Positions 25,353-38,400 of a stretch of 64,000 nt of DNA are shown in pieces (the stretch's first letter is position 1; the number at the start of each line of letters is the position of its first letter). The DNA is from Lytechinus pictus. Taxonomy: Eukaryota. A model generated the notes under the pieces. That model searched no databases, was not told the origin of the DNA, and saw only the letters and a list, made by a program, of their open reading frames with translations. The position numbers were made by a program, and so were the translations under genes. Location: contig NC_087263.1 of NCBI RefSeq assembly GCF_037042905.1, positions 10,046,001 through 10,110,000 of the forward strand, in the 5' to 3' direction.

Positions 25353-27333
25353 TATTTTTTCCATATTTTACAGAAAAATAACAAATTTGATTGTTTTTCA
25401 CCAAAACCTTCAAAAATCCCCTGAAACAGACAAAAAGATCCCCAAAGTTTGTTTAATCCCCATATTTTTTTGGTCCCCACAGGCTTTCGAAAATCCCCAT
25501 ATTTTCAAAATTCAGTTTGGCACGAAATATATGTCACTCTAACTGTACTCCAATATCGAGGGGCGCGCGCGTGTGAAGTTTCGAAGCTGGCGCGCGGAAA
25601 ATACCTTTAAAAATTTCACCAGAAAATTGAAAACAAGTCACCATGCAGACTTTACAAATTAGACCAAATGGCATGTAGGCGAAATGAATGTTAGACTATC
25701 TGGAAATTAGACCAAGTGGAAATTTGCCGAAATGGAAATTAGACCAACTGCACATTAGACCAACTGAATAATGGACAAAGTGAGGATTAGACCAACTGCA
25801 CATTAGACCAACTGCAGTATAGACCAAGTGAGGATTAGACCAACTGGTATTAGACCAACTAGTATTAGACCATCCGACTATTAGACGAACTGGTATTAGA
25901 CGAAATGGCAATTAGACCAAATGAAAATTAGACCAAGTGACGATTAGCCCAACTGGGCATTAGACCAAGTTGCTCTTAGACCAAGTGGTCATTAGACCAA
26001 GTGACTATTAGACCAAGTGTTCATTAGATCAAGTGGCTATTAAACGAAGTGGTCATTAGACCAAAAGAAAATTGGACTAAGTGGGTTTAGCCCGAATGTT
26101 GTTAGCCCATCTGATGATTAGACCAAATTATAATAGACCATCCGTCAGTAAACCACAGAGGGTCGTGGGTTCGAATCACAGCCATGGCGTAATTTCCTTC
26201 AGCAAGAAATTTATTCACATTGTGCTGCACCTCAACCCAGGTGAGGTGGATGGATACCCGGCAGGATTAACACTTTGAATGCATGAGCGCTGAAAGGCAG
26301 CTCGAGGTAAAGCCGGGGAAATTTTAATAATAATAACAACGCGCCTCGGAATAGAACATTTCTAAATAGATGGCGCTATATAAATGCATATTATTGTTAT
26401 CATTAAATAAACATTTTGCTGGGATGGCCTTAACCTTTAATATTGTATTACTTCAATTATTTTTCAATGTATAATTTTCTTTCTCTCTCCCTCTCTCTTT
26501 CTTTTTGCGTCTTTGCGAATTTGAGCACTGTAATCCTTTTTATCATTGATACATAAAAAGATATATTTTCGTAAAAAGAATTTTGAAGTAAAATTGTTAC
26601 GAATGCTATAGAGAGTATTTACATAAAAAAATAGCATTATACAAACATTATTCAGTAAATTAGACCGTAAATTACGATCTTATCAAGAATTAGCATAATT
26701 AATTCATAGTAATAAATTCAAAATTCAACGACTTCGTTATTTGTTGTCAGATCTTTCGAAACTCTTCAGCGTTTTGCTTGTGGAATTTTATGCTATTATT
26801 TGGGTAAAATCATATTCTGCCCTGAGTACCCGTCAATTATATATTTTTTATTTACTAAAAGGGTTTTGTGCCAACATAAGGAAAAAGCCCCCACCCCCAA
26901 AAAATGAAACCTCTGGTATGGTTGAATAATAATGATTTAATGGGTTTCTGAATCATGACAGGGCCAAAGTCGTACAAAATATTAAAATGTTAATCATTAC
27001 AAAGTAATTTGCCTTTACAAAATACATCGATCTGCAAATTTCTTTGCAACAGGCGGGCGCCCGCTATGGTCATAATTGAACAAGAAGACATGAATTATGT
27101 ATTAGAACACGAGAATCCCACAAGGGAGCTCATTAAGTCCTGTAATTTTTTTGACATTAATGATAAATGATTTACAGTTTAAAGAAAGTGGAGTAAAACT
27201 ATCATGTTACGCTGATGAGATAATCGTCACCATGGTTTGACGTCACATGGACTTTCCTTTGCCGACGACGTCTTATTGACGAAAGCGACTGGCGCGTATA
27301 ATATCTGGAGAGATTGAAGAGCGCCATCATATT

Positions 27334-27334
27334 C

Positions 27335-27365
<31 letters not shown>

Positions 27366-27386
27366 GCAGCAGCAGCATCAACAACA
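27334..27386. repeat. (CAA)n(CAG)n microsatellite
   Basis: Direct reading. Confidence 0.9.
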
Positions 27387-28562
27387 AAACATTAATTCTT
27401 CGTTATGGTAGGCTTATGCGATGTACTTCACACAGGATTATTCTTACTTCCAATTATGATTAATATAAATAATTTTTTTCATATGATATTTCTTTTCAGT
27501 TATTCTTCATTTCATTCAAAATTCTTTAAAAACGGCCTTGGGCACTCTAGAGAGTGGATTCGGCGCGATGTTATTATTATCATTATTAGACCGACTATTC
27601 TTCTCTTTCTTCTCCGCCTCCTCTTCGATCCTTTCTCTTTTTATCAGTCCTTACAGCTGATCATCATTATTTACTATTATCGACCGATCACCCCCCCCCC
27701 TGGCTACGAGATTGTGCACAATATTTTTTATGACACCATAGTTACTGTAGATGATGTGGAGGAATGAGTCTACATTGGGTATGGGGTAACCACCTTTAGT
27801 GAGATTAAAAAAAATATATATATATGGTAAAAAATATAATTAGATATATTTGGAAAAAGGAGTAATAATAATAATGATAATAGTGAAAAATGAGTATCGA
27901 TCAAGTTAAGAGAGAGGGCCAAGTCGTCAGAAGCACTCTTTAAAAAAATGTACCCATATAATTAAACAAAAGACTTCGCCGATAATAGTTTGCCTTTCCC
28001 ATTTTCAAAACACACTGACACACCTCATTATAGTAATAGGTTGTTATAAACTTTGGACCCAATTATGACGAGTGTGTGACTGGATAGTGTAAATATTGAC
28101 AAACTTAGTGTTAAAGTGACACTACCCATATTATACATTAAGAATGACAGTAAGCGGAGCGAGGGCAATGGAAGGGCAAGAAAATGCTGCTTTATCTTAA
28201 CCATTGCCTGCTAGATTTTGTTCCGTACAAAGCCTATGAAATCACAGAATTCCGTAGTCAACAGGTTAAAACACATCTTACTGGACTAGAAAATAGTGAC
28301 ACACAGGGTGATGACAGTGTTTTGACAGTGTGTTCACACATGTGAGGAAAAACTGCTTTATCTGAACCCATTGAGTACTAGAACAGGATTGGCCCATACA
28401 AAGCCTATGGAATCACTTGATTCGGTAGTCAACAGGTCAATTATGACACTTCATTCACACTGTTAATTGAAAACTTGAAGTTAACGGTGTGTATCAGTTT
28501 TACTCAGTGAACACCTTTACAGCGAAGGTGATCACACTGTGATTCAACTTGTGTATGAAAAA

Positions 28563-28732
28563 TATTGAGATGAGACTGTGGAGATGAAAACTGTGTACAT
28601 TGAGATAAGACTGTGGAGATGAAAACTGTGTACATTGAGATAAGACTGTGGAGATGAAAACTGTGTACATTAAGATGAGACTGTGGAGACGAAAACTGTG
28701 TACATTGAGATGAGACTGTGGAGATGAAAACT
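28563..28732. repeat. Second array of the same 35-bp minisatellite (~5 units)
   Basis: Same unit and orientation as 24765-25352. Confidence 0.95.
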
Positions 28733-30354
28733 ATAGCCCCCCCCCTTTTTTTTTCCAAAACCATGTACAAAAACATAGTAATTGCCATCTTCATTTATAA
28801 TTTTTAAAAAAAAGACAGTTATACGTTTCGTCGCACGGCTGGCAAAAGGGCGTTAGCTCGAAGGCTGACAGAAGTAAAGGGTGTTAGCTTGATTTTCTAC
28901 CTGAAAATAATTATTGGGTTTGCAGTTTTTATAGCTCTTTCATTTGGTATAACTGTAATTGCCTACAATGACGTAAAAATGGCGTAATCACGTTGTAAAA
29001 GGGCACATAAGCACTCGCTGTCGGACGATTTACTATGAAACTACTTTGCAGGGCTCGCGCGCCTTAACGCCCTTCTGGGATCACGCGCGTAAAACATTTC
29101 CCATAGACTCGTGTGTTAAAATGGCACTGTTAACATGGTTAATAAAATTCATAAAAAAATAAAGTTGAAGTTAGAGGGTTAAAAAAATGTTTACTACCAG
29201 TGGATAGGATGTACATCAGAAAAACCATATCTGGCCAGAATAGTAAAAATAAATCGGCATTTATGAAGACCATGAGATCAAATTCATCACCTAAAACAGT
29301 TCAGTATCCCTAATTCTACCGCCAGCCCAAAAATAGTTTCAAAGTAATCAATATATTTTTTTTCCTAATTTGGGCATTTGAAGTTTAGTAGTTGCCCTCC
29401 CTATAACCAGTGTTAGATGGTAAATGATATTCAAACACTTTTTATTCAGCAATACTAAATTAAAAAAAAATGGAATGGGCTAGGTCGAATGAATATCTTT
29501 TGCCTTCCTATGATCAGTGTTAGATGGTAAATCATATTTATACACTTTTGTCAATCAGCAACATTAAATAAAAAAATAAATTAGAATGGGTTGGGTCGAA
29601 TGAATATCTTTCGCCTTCCTGTTGTAATTAGGCTCGTGGCACCTTGTGCCAGCTGCATGACGATGTTTAACATGTTTAAAGATCTTTATCCCTGTACAGG
29701 CTCTTATAAAAATGAAACTCCTTCTGTCCCATTATTTTTAGCTATACTGGAGACCAATAAAACCTAATATGTGTTAACAATCGTAAGTTTATTAGTATAT
29801 CGACAGTTTGAGTATATATTTTTTGGATTGTTTGAACGACGATGAACGAACAAATAAGTTAAACGGATAGGCCATACTTTTGTGTCTGGTACAAGGTTTC
29901 TCGTGAAATATAGCCTGTGTACTGATCATTCGTCATTTATCTTTTTATAAGTTTATTTATTGCTTGTTTCTTCCAAACTTGATATTAAGTTCTTTGTTTT
30001 AATTAGTAATGCATCTAAATATACATTGCCATTTTATACCGATTTTATTTTTGTATATTAATTTGTAAACCCCGACTAGTGAAGAGAGCTTCATAACAGA
30101 TACTAGTTTTTCTTTAGTCGGTGGTAATTTCGTCCTCTTGTACATATTCTTGTTGTCTTTTTCCTGGAAATAAAATAATAATTAAAAAATTCCGAAGTAT
30201 TTTTAAAGCATTGATATCTGTCTCTATCAAAGTCTAGTAGACATTTTTTATCTGGATACATATTTTTAAATTGTTTTACATCCCGCTTTTTCAAAAGATT
30301 GTTTAAATTGCAATAATAAATGAAAATGAAATAAAGTTGATGATAAAAGCCTAA

Positions 30355-31228
30355 AAGGGGTACTTCAGGTTAAAGATTATATGATTTGAACAGATTAAGA
30401 AAAAATAGACAAAGAAAATACTGAATTTTTTTTTTAAATCGGGCAAGGAATAACAAAGTTATGGCATTTTACAGATTTGCAGTATTCCAGCGAAAACAGT
30501 TCTTCATGAATATTCAATGAGCAAACTGATGATGCCATATCCCCACGTGTTCTTTTGTATTTTATTATATGAAATTAGGTTTACTCAATTATTTTCCTTC
30601 GCCAAAAATGTTGGAAAAACAGCTGATTAAAGTGCATTAGATATTCATTGCTGCAACGGCATTACACGGGATACATATCATTCACACATGTATGAAAAAA
30701 ATGAAACAATTATGATTTCATGTAATGACATATAAAAGGAAAGTGGGATGTGACATCATCAGACCATCTAATTAATATTCATGACGACGTGCTTATGTTG
30801 CTTCATGTTGCCTCTACGTATTGAAACTAAGTTACCAGGTTACAGGGGCTTGTACTTGCCTCCCATACAAGCTTTGCTTTTCTTGGCAAGCCCCTCCGTT
30901 CTGTTTTATATAGTTATTAGTCAAAGTTACTTTAGTTCGCATTGGTTCTCATTGTTTATACCTTCCAATTCGTATGCATTATTCCGATTGATATTGTACT
31001 TTAAATTTGACTATGTATTGTTACTTTGAATTTGTTGTGGTTTGTAAACGGAAAATGAATAAAATCTAAATCTAAATCTATAAATGTTTTCACAATATAT
31101 TGCTAAATTTTAGAATTCCATAACTTTGCAATTTATTATCAGATTTGATCAAATTTTCAGCATTTTGCTCCGTGAATTTTACTTTATTTATTTAGATATA
31201 AATATTTTCAGCCCGGAGTACTCCTTTA
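30355..31228. mobile_element. Kolobok-like MITE (AGGGGTACT...AGTACTCCT-TTAA) carrying a LINE-like 3' tail at ~30810-31080
   Basis: Inverted termini and internal symmetry; insert ends gaataaaatctaaatctaaatcta; related truncated element at ~17748-18020. Confidence 0.65.
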
Positions 31229-32406
31229 AGGAATGGTTGAGCAAACAAGGAATGGCATATTTGCTTTATCTTTACCTAATTAAATATTCGTAATCAACAG
31301 CTTGCATCGTTCGATCGGAAAGGTGACATACCGAGTAACTACGGTTGAGTATGAATGTGTATGTTTGGGTGATATAATGTGTGTGATATGAAGTTGCATG
31401 TGTATACGTACACGAGAGGGTGGGTGGGTGGGTGTGTTTGTGTGTGTGAATGCCTATGTGCGTTTTTGTGAGGGGGTGCTCCGTATACGTGAGTTGTTGA
31501 GTGTGTTATAATGTCTATAAGCATAAGTAGGTCGGGGGTAAGGAGGTTTAGGTTTGATTGAGGAAGCTGAACAAAAAAAAAAGGGAAACAAAGCAATTGT
31601 TAAATCCAGGGGCCCTGGTTTGCTCAAACACGCAAAGTTTCGGAGTTTCACGTTCCAACTTTCCTACATAAAATTCCCTTTTTAAAGGAGAACGTCTTGG
31701 AAACTGGTTCATTAAAAAAAGTGCCCAGTAGTCATGGTAGTCGCAGAAAAAAGCATTCTAATATTGGTTACGTTCTATGTTATTATATTTTTAGCCTTAC
31801 ACATTTCAATGCCTCTTTGTAAATGCTCGGTAAATCAAAACGTGACATACACTGCCGATACCTCCAACCTATTTTTAAAGGGATTTTTGTCTTATTAAGC
31901 GTGCTAGTTAAGAAGCTTCCCGAAGTCTTATGATCAAATGGCAGTGGAAAAAAAAAACGCTATCACGTGTTACATGTATGTAGGAATCTTTATTTGTATT
32001 GACCTCGAAGTCAATAACAGTCCACGAAGTCAACTACAGCATATTTAGTCTGTACTGATCGTCTTACACAATACTTTTAATTACCAAAACAAAGGGGAGT
32101 AAACGGCTTCGGACTATCTGTTTTTATCTATCAGTATTTAGGGGCCTATCTTAACATGGTCAACATTAGAATGTACCTCAAGACCAGCTAATAGGAAGGT
32201 TTTCAGGATCTACTTTCGGAGGCTTGTTAAGCAACCATGTTGCCTGTGTAGGTCGTCTAAACTCTTGACGGAACATCAATGATCTAGATCTTGCTAGGAT
32301 ATCAAGGATCAGTATCAAGGAATGAGAGAGGTTTCGTCTGTTGTATACGATTATAACAAGAACAACTTAGATTAGTCTTTCGAAGGTAACGACGTCCAGG
32401 ATCACG

Positions 32407-32496
32407 ATGGCGACGGACATCAGTCAGGAGCTCGTTCCACTCGACATCGGGGTCCTTGTCATGTACTTCGTCTTCGTGTTAGCCGTTGGACTTGGT
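32407..32496 (+). CDS. SLC5A3-like: SLC5 coding exon 1 ([30 protein letters not shown])
   Basis: ATG at 32407; N-terminal TM helix DIxVxxxYF typical of SGLT/SMIT; donor GTAAGT at 32497, phase 0. Confidence 0.9.
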
Positions 32497-35400
32497 GTAA
32501 GTTACTCACATCCTTATGCCACAGTAACACCGACTGCAGACCGACTAAATGTCACGTTATTCCCAATAGCACTCTGCCTGTCAATTTGGCGTTGGCATCG
32601 TTGGTGTGTCTAGACCATGTATCTGCCTCTTTGAGACATTTTAACAAGGCTGTGAGTTCGAAACAAACTGGCATCTATCGTCAGCGGGTGTTTATCCTCT
32701 TGTCAAAATATTCAATTTCATGCTTGGATGTCGTGACATTTCCCTTCAGAATTGTCCCCTTTTCAACCGATGACATATCTGTGTAGTTTGACGCAAGAAT
32801 TAATTTTGATAGTAATTTGAGGCAAGAAATAATTTTCATAGGGTGAACATCAGACCCTATACAGCGCGTCCCAGAAAAAACGAAACCGAGATTAAGCGAT
32901 GATTTATCATAACTTAATCACAAATACAATTTTCTGTAATTGAGGTATCAAATTAAAGAGCAGATATTGAACTTTTTAAAAATGTGGTTTTCTTTTTTAA
33001 ACCCAGATACAGCCCGCCAAATGACTTTTTGGTATCCCCTCTTCAAATTGTTTTTGCTCACTCATGCGTGAATGAGAAATAATCTAAGTAATATTAGATG
33101 AAAGAGGAGATTCTAAGCTTTACAATGGTAGGTCATTTGTCTATTGTATTTGTGATTAAGTTATGATAAATCATCGATAAATCTCGGTTTCGTTTTTCTG
33201 TGGGACGCACTGTATATTCAGAATGCCCACCTCTCAAAACACTCGTTTCTTACTCTTTCGTGGAGTCATTGTAGTAATACAGGAGCCTTAAGGAACAATT
33301 TGAGGGGATGAGCGGAGAAAAATTGATATTTCCTAAATTATGTAAAAGTTCATTTAGCATGGAAAATATAAATTTTGCCAGATATATGTAAAGTGTGATG
33401 CTGAAAAACTAGGCCTACAATACAATAATTAAGTGAAATATTATAATGTATTGCGAAATATTTCAGAGAGTTCCAGACACCTCTTAACCCACCAGTACTG
33501 TAGGTTGACGGTACGATATGTATAGTTCTGAAAAACATTTTCACATATTTTCATAAATATTTGCTGATCTCAGACAGCCAAGATAACACAACCTAGAACA
33601 ACACTGTAGAAAATATTGAATAATGTCTGCATTATCATGATAGCGAGTTCATAGCTGATTTTTCCCCCTTACTTATGCCAGTTGCGGTAACGATTTCAAA
33701 ATAAGTTCGTACAGAATCCAATAAATTTCCACCAGAGTGTCCTTTTTTGTGTGCATAAAAAGGCATGCCAAAGGATTCTGAAATAAATTGTGTAATTCTT
33801 GAGAAATATGCTATATCATGACATTTCATGATTTCACATATTTAAGTTTACCGAACTGTAGAAGATATAGATCTAGGATGATAATGGTGATAATTAACAC
33901 AAGTTTTACAGATTTTCCCATGAAATCAGTGTTTACTGCATCTTCTTTCATGTAGCTTTAAAGCTGACTTTGTTTTCTTACAGATATTTTTCAATTTTTC
34001 AAGTTAATGATAACGACTTTAAAGCTGATTTATTTTCTTACAAATAGTTCTCCCTTTTGTAAGTAAATGATAACGGGTTTAAGCTGATTTGTATTTCTTA
34101 CAAATATTTCTCCCCTTTTCAAGTCAATGCATATTTATCCCTGTTTTCAAGTCATTGCTTATTTCTCCCTGTTTCATGTCAGTGATAACGAGTTTAAAGC
34201 TGATTGATTTTCTTATAGATTTTTCTCTCATTTTCAACTCAGTGATAACGAGTTTAAAGCCGTTTTTCTCTCCATTTTCAAGTCAATGCTTAGGTCTAAT
34301 CGAGGGAGTGCAGAAGGATATTTCTTAGCTGGTGGTGCTATGATATGGCTACCCGTAAGTAATCAGACATTTTTTAATCAAAGCCTTTCATCTGTGCATG
34401 TAGGCATACCATAAACTTAAACAAAATGGCCCATATTTTGATCATGGGTGTAATTTAAACTCTGATTTCACTACACTCTTAAAATATTTGGGCAAAAATG
34501 TGCAACTTTTAACCAACCCTGTCCACACAACTATTGTTAAAATCTGCCCAAAATGGGTAATATTAACTAATGATTGGATTATAAATTTGCTCAATTGGAT
34601 AATGCCCAAAATATTTTTATTTTTTTACCAACAAACATTACCCAACACAGTGGACAGTATGTTGCCCTACAATTTAGCTTTGTATGAAAAGCCAATCGTG
34701 AAAGATATATCTCAAACAGTACAAGTGTACAAGTTCAATTTGTCAGGTCATTTGATATTCATATCATTTGGAACTGACTAAAATTATTACTGAAATAGTT
34801 GTTACCATCATTAAAACGTGAGGAAAGAGCCAATTTGTAAAGATAGGAAACATATTTTGGGGATGTCATGACGTCCACAATATAAACTACGTTTTATCTT
34901 CAGATCTTACGTAAAAACAAAGTCCGTTTAAAAGAACGACCGCAGCTAATCCTGTTCAATTGAGATATTTGGCAAGATTTAAGTTTTGACCTTTGATTTT
35001 ACAGTCCAATCCAAGAATATCAAGAGTATAAAGGTGAATATGAAATATATTTTTGTTGTTGTGCACCGAACAAACAATACAATTTGACTTTTTCATATCA
35101 ATCCAATATAATGTGTTAAGAGAGTGATAACACACGAAATATAATTAACGAAATTAGGAAAATTATTAATGTATAATACATGTAGATTTTTTTCCAAACT
35201 CAGTAATTGTCGAGAATAGAAATAACCCTCCTTTATTTTAATGGAATGAGGATTTAGCTCAAAGTAGGTTAATTTTTTTTAAGTCGATTAGAAGTTATTT
35301 TAAGGTCAAATACCAAAATTTATGACAATTTTACCCGCCTGTATTCACACACAAACCATTAATAGTACAAAATAACAAACATAAGGCCTATATCATGAAG

Positions 35401-38400
35401 TAACTTTGGTAAACAGTGTAGGGAACATTGATGTTTAAAGTTTTATAACGGTAACATTATCATGAGATAAGCAAGATAAGGTGATTTCTGCGTTCATAAG
35501 TTTACAATTTAACCTTAAGCTTACCTTGGAATCTTTTAAGTGATTTATTAGTTGCTTAGTTCAGCGCTTGTATATCAGAAACCATGGTGTTTAATCACGT
35601 ACTTTTTTTTCTAAAATGGTAATCTTACAACCAATATCCAGACGATTATTAGGAAAAATATATTGAATATTTTCATGTTATGGATTTACCATGTTGAAAA
35701 CGATTAAGTCTGTAGTCTAATATCAATAAGGTTATCATAATGTTATTTCCCCTTTCATAAACTATGAAGCCTGTTAACAATAAGGTTATCATAAGCTTTA
35801 GGTGATTTTCCTCTGTAATGAAATATGAATTAAGTCTGATAACAATAACGTTATCATAAGGCCATTTTATCCTTTTATAACGTTTAAAATTTAATCTTGA
35901 GCTTACCAATGAAACTGCAAAGTGATTATTAATCTTTTTTAACTCTTAAATTTAGGTCGGAGCGTCACTTTTTGCCAGCAACATCGGAAGTGAGCATTTC
36001 ATTGGTTTAGCTGGGTCTGGAGCCGCGTCGGGCATAGCTGTCGGAGCCTTTGAACTCAACGTAAGACCAGGCGCTCTTTTCAGAAAGACTTGCCATAGTG
36101 ATAAATGCACAATTTATATAACAAATTTACTATCAGCCGATAGATCTGAATGATTTCAGTATCTTTAAAATTGTTTTAAACAGTTAAATTTCTTATAACA
36201 TATTCTATGAAACAGGCCCAAGAAGATGTTTGTAGTGTAAAAAAAAAAGAAAGAAAAAACCCCTCAAATATACATGTTGTCAATACTATACATTTTGCTG
36301 AGCTGTTGAGATTTAGTGGATGTATTCTAATGAACTTTCGATGTATTAAAGAAATATTTCATCGCAGTGACCTCATAAAAAGTTATAAAGAATAACTTAG
36401 CTAGAAAAGTAAAATATGTTTCAATGTAAATTCGAGCGTTCCCTGAATAGGCATATATTTAGATTTAAGCGAATCTTTTAAAAGAATGTGACATAATTCA
36501 TCTCTGGATTATATTCACAGGCTCTTATTATTCTTCAAGTGCTAGGATGGGTTTTTCTACCAGTCTATCTCGCGAGTGGGATCTTTACCCTACCCGAGTT
36601 CATGGAGAAACGTTTTGGCGGGAAACGAATCCGAATGATCATAGCTACCATCTCACTTATTCTCTATATCTTCACCAAGATATCTGTAAGTAATACATCT
36701 CTTGTCTAGCCTTGGAAGAGCAGTGTCACACAGTGCACTGCAGAGAATATGGTGTTAGCCGGTGTACATAAAGAACCACACCAGTAATTTTATTCCAGTG
36801 TAAAATCTACAGTGTTAGTTCAACACATATGGGTGTGTCACAACACCTTTGTTAGTTTTACACTCTTTTGTGTAATGTGTTTTACAAGACTGTGGTTGTT
36901 ACCCGTACACTGCAAACACTCCGGTGTTGATTTAACAACAGCTCGGAATGTATATGTCCACACCAGAGAAGTATTGAAACCACACCAGTTTGGAATCAAA
37001 TCGATGCTGTTTTAATACTAATTGGTGTTGTACAAACACCTATCTGAAACTGGTGTTGTTTAACACTTCTCTGGTAAGGACATATATAGATTCCGGGCTG
37101 GTGTTAAATCAACACCAGGGGTTTTGCAGTGTACATTCTTTGGTGTAATGTGTTTTAGAACAAGGTGGTTGTTACCCTTACACTCTTTGGTGTACTGTGT
37201 TTTACAACACTGTGGTTGTTACCCTTTAATACACTCTTTGGTGTAATGTGTTTTACACCAATGGTTGTTACCCTTACAGTATTTGATGTAATGTGTTTTA
37301 CAACACTGTGGTTGTTACCACTACAGTCCTTGGTGTTATGTTTAAATCGTAGGGTGTAGTCTTACCACATCAGGGTGTGGCCCTTTAAGGACGCCACTGG
37401 TAAGGGTTAAAACACCATAATTGTTACAGTGTGCGTTCAAAGTGTGTTCTAGTAAAGTTGTGATCCACGCCTTTAATTACTCAACTCTTATAGCACGAAG
37501 ATAATTTAATTGTAAAGACACTACGATATCGTGTAAGTGATTACAGTAGGTGCCCGTGGTGGGCTATATGTAAATGTGATCTGGGGGCCGTTTCATAAAG
37601 CTGTTCGTAAGTTAAGAGCGACTTTAAGAACGACTGGTGAACCTTTGTTACGCGCTAAACCATCGCCAATGAATATACCATTTACCCCAAGAAAGGATCA
37701 CCAGTCGTTCTTAAAGTCGCTCTTAACTTACGAACAGCTTTATGAAACACCCACCTGGACTTTTCAAATGCTCAAATTGAACATTGCAAAAATACTTTCA
37801 TATTGTAGACACCCGACAGTTTGAGTGTTCACATTGTGAAAAATGTGGTTCACACTGTTAAAATGCTTTAATTTTATAATGTACAGGTGATTTTTTTTTT
37901 CCAAACCGTGAACGTCTTGCTTCAGGCTATGATATCTTATAATAATCCATCCATGCATGTGTACATACATATTATTTGAATGATTGTACCAATATAACAA
38001 TATGTAATGTTGTTGATGATGATGTATATCTATATGACGAAATATAATCAAACCAATTCAAGAATGATAAGAACTAAAGTGAAGCCAAAGTGTGTTAACA
38101 AAATTTCATTCCAACTATTTCTATGCCAGGTTGATCTATACTCCGGTGCTTTGTTCATCGAACAGTCCCTAGGTTGGAACCTATACCTTTCAATTGTAGT
38201 GCTTCTTTGCATTACTGCTCTCTACACCGTAACCGGGGGACTGGCAGCAGTTATTTACACAGACACATTGCAAGCTATTATCATGCTTGGAGGCGCACTC
38301 TGGCTATGCATCGAAAGTAAGAACATATATTCTGTTTGATTTTACAATGCTCCACATGGAGTGGGGAATGTGGACTATATGAAGTATTACCAGCTACAAT

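Larger units (their letters stand above)
22683..26154. mobile_element. Non-autonomous TIR DNA transposon with 8-bp TSD (ACAGAGGG) and inverted GGTCTAAT/ATTAGACC subterminal arrays
   Basis: TSD at 22675-22682 and 26155-26162; imperfect TIR (ggt...cggatggtcta); ~20-bp-period arrays at ~22695-23240 and, inverted, ~25655-26145. Confidence 0.85.
22633..26405 (+). mobile_element. tRNA-derived SINE split in two (22633-22682 and 26155-26405) by a 3.5-kb insertion
   Basis: Head GTGGCCCAGTGG stops at ACAGAGGG and resumes at ACAGAGGG-tcgtgggttcgaatc; body matches 10200-10495. Confidence 0.85.
22060..26440. mobile_element. AGG...CCT-TTAA (Kolobok-like) MITE, interrupted near its right end
   Basis: 22060-22632 is homologous to 15450-16045; the missing end (aacattttgctgggatggccttaacctttaa) resumes at ~26410-26440. 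Confidence 0.7.

Noticed and set aside
24719..25413. Repetitive ORFs up to 195 aa (also 28504-28794)
   Set aside because: Products of a 35-bp minisatellite; the period is not a multiple of 3 and the same peptides appear in all frames.
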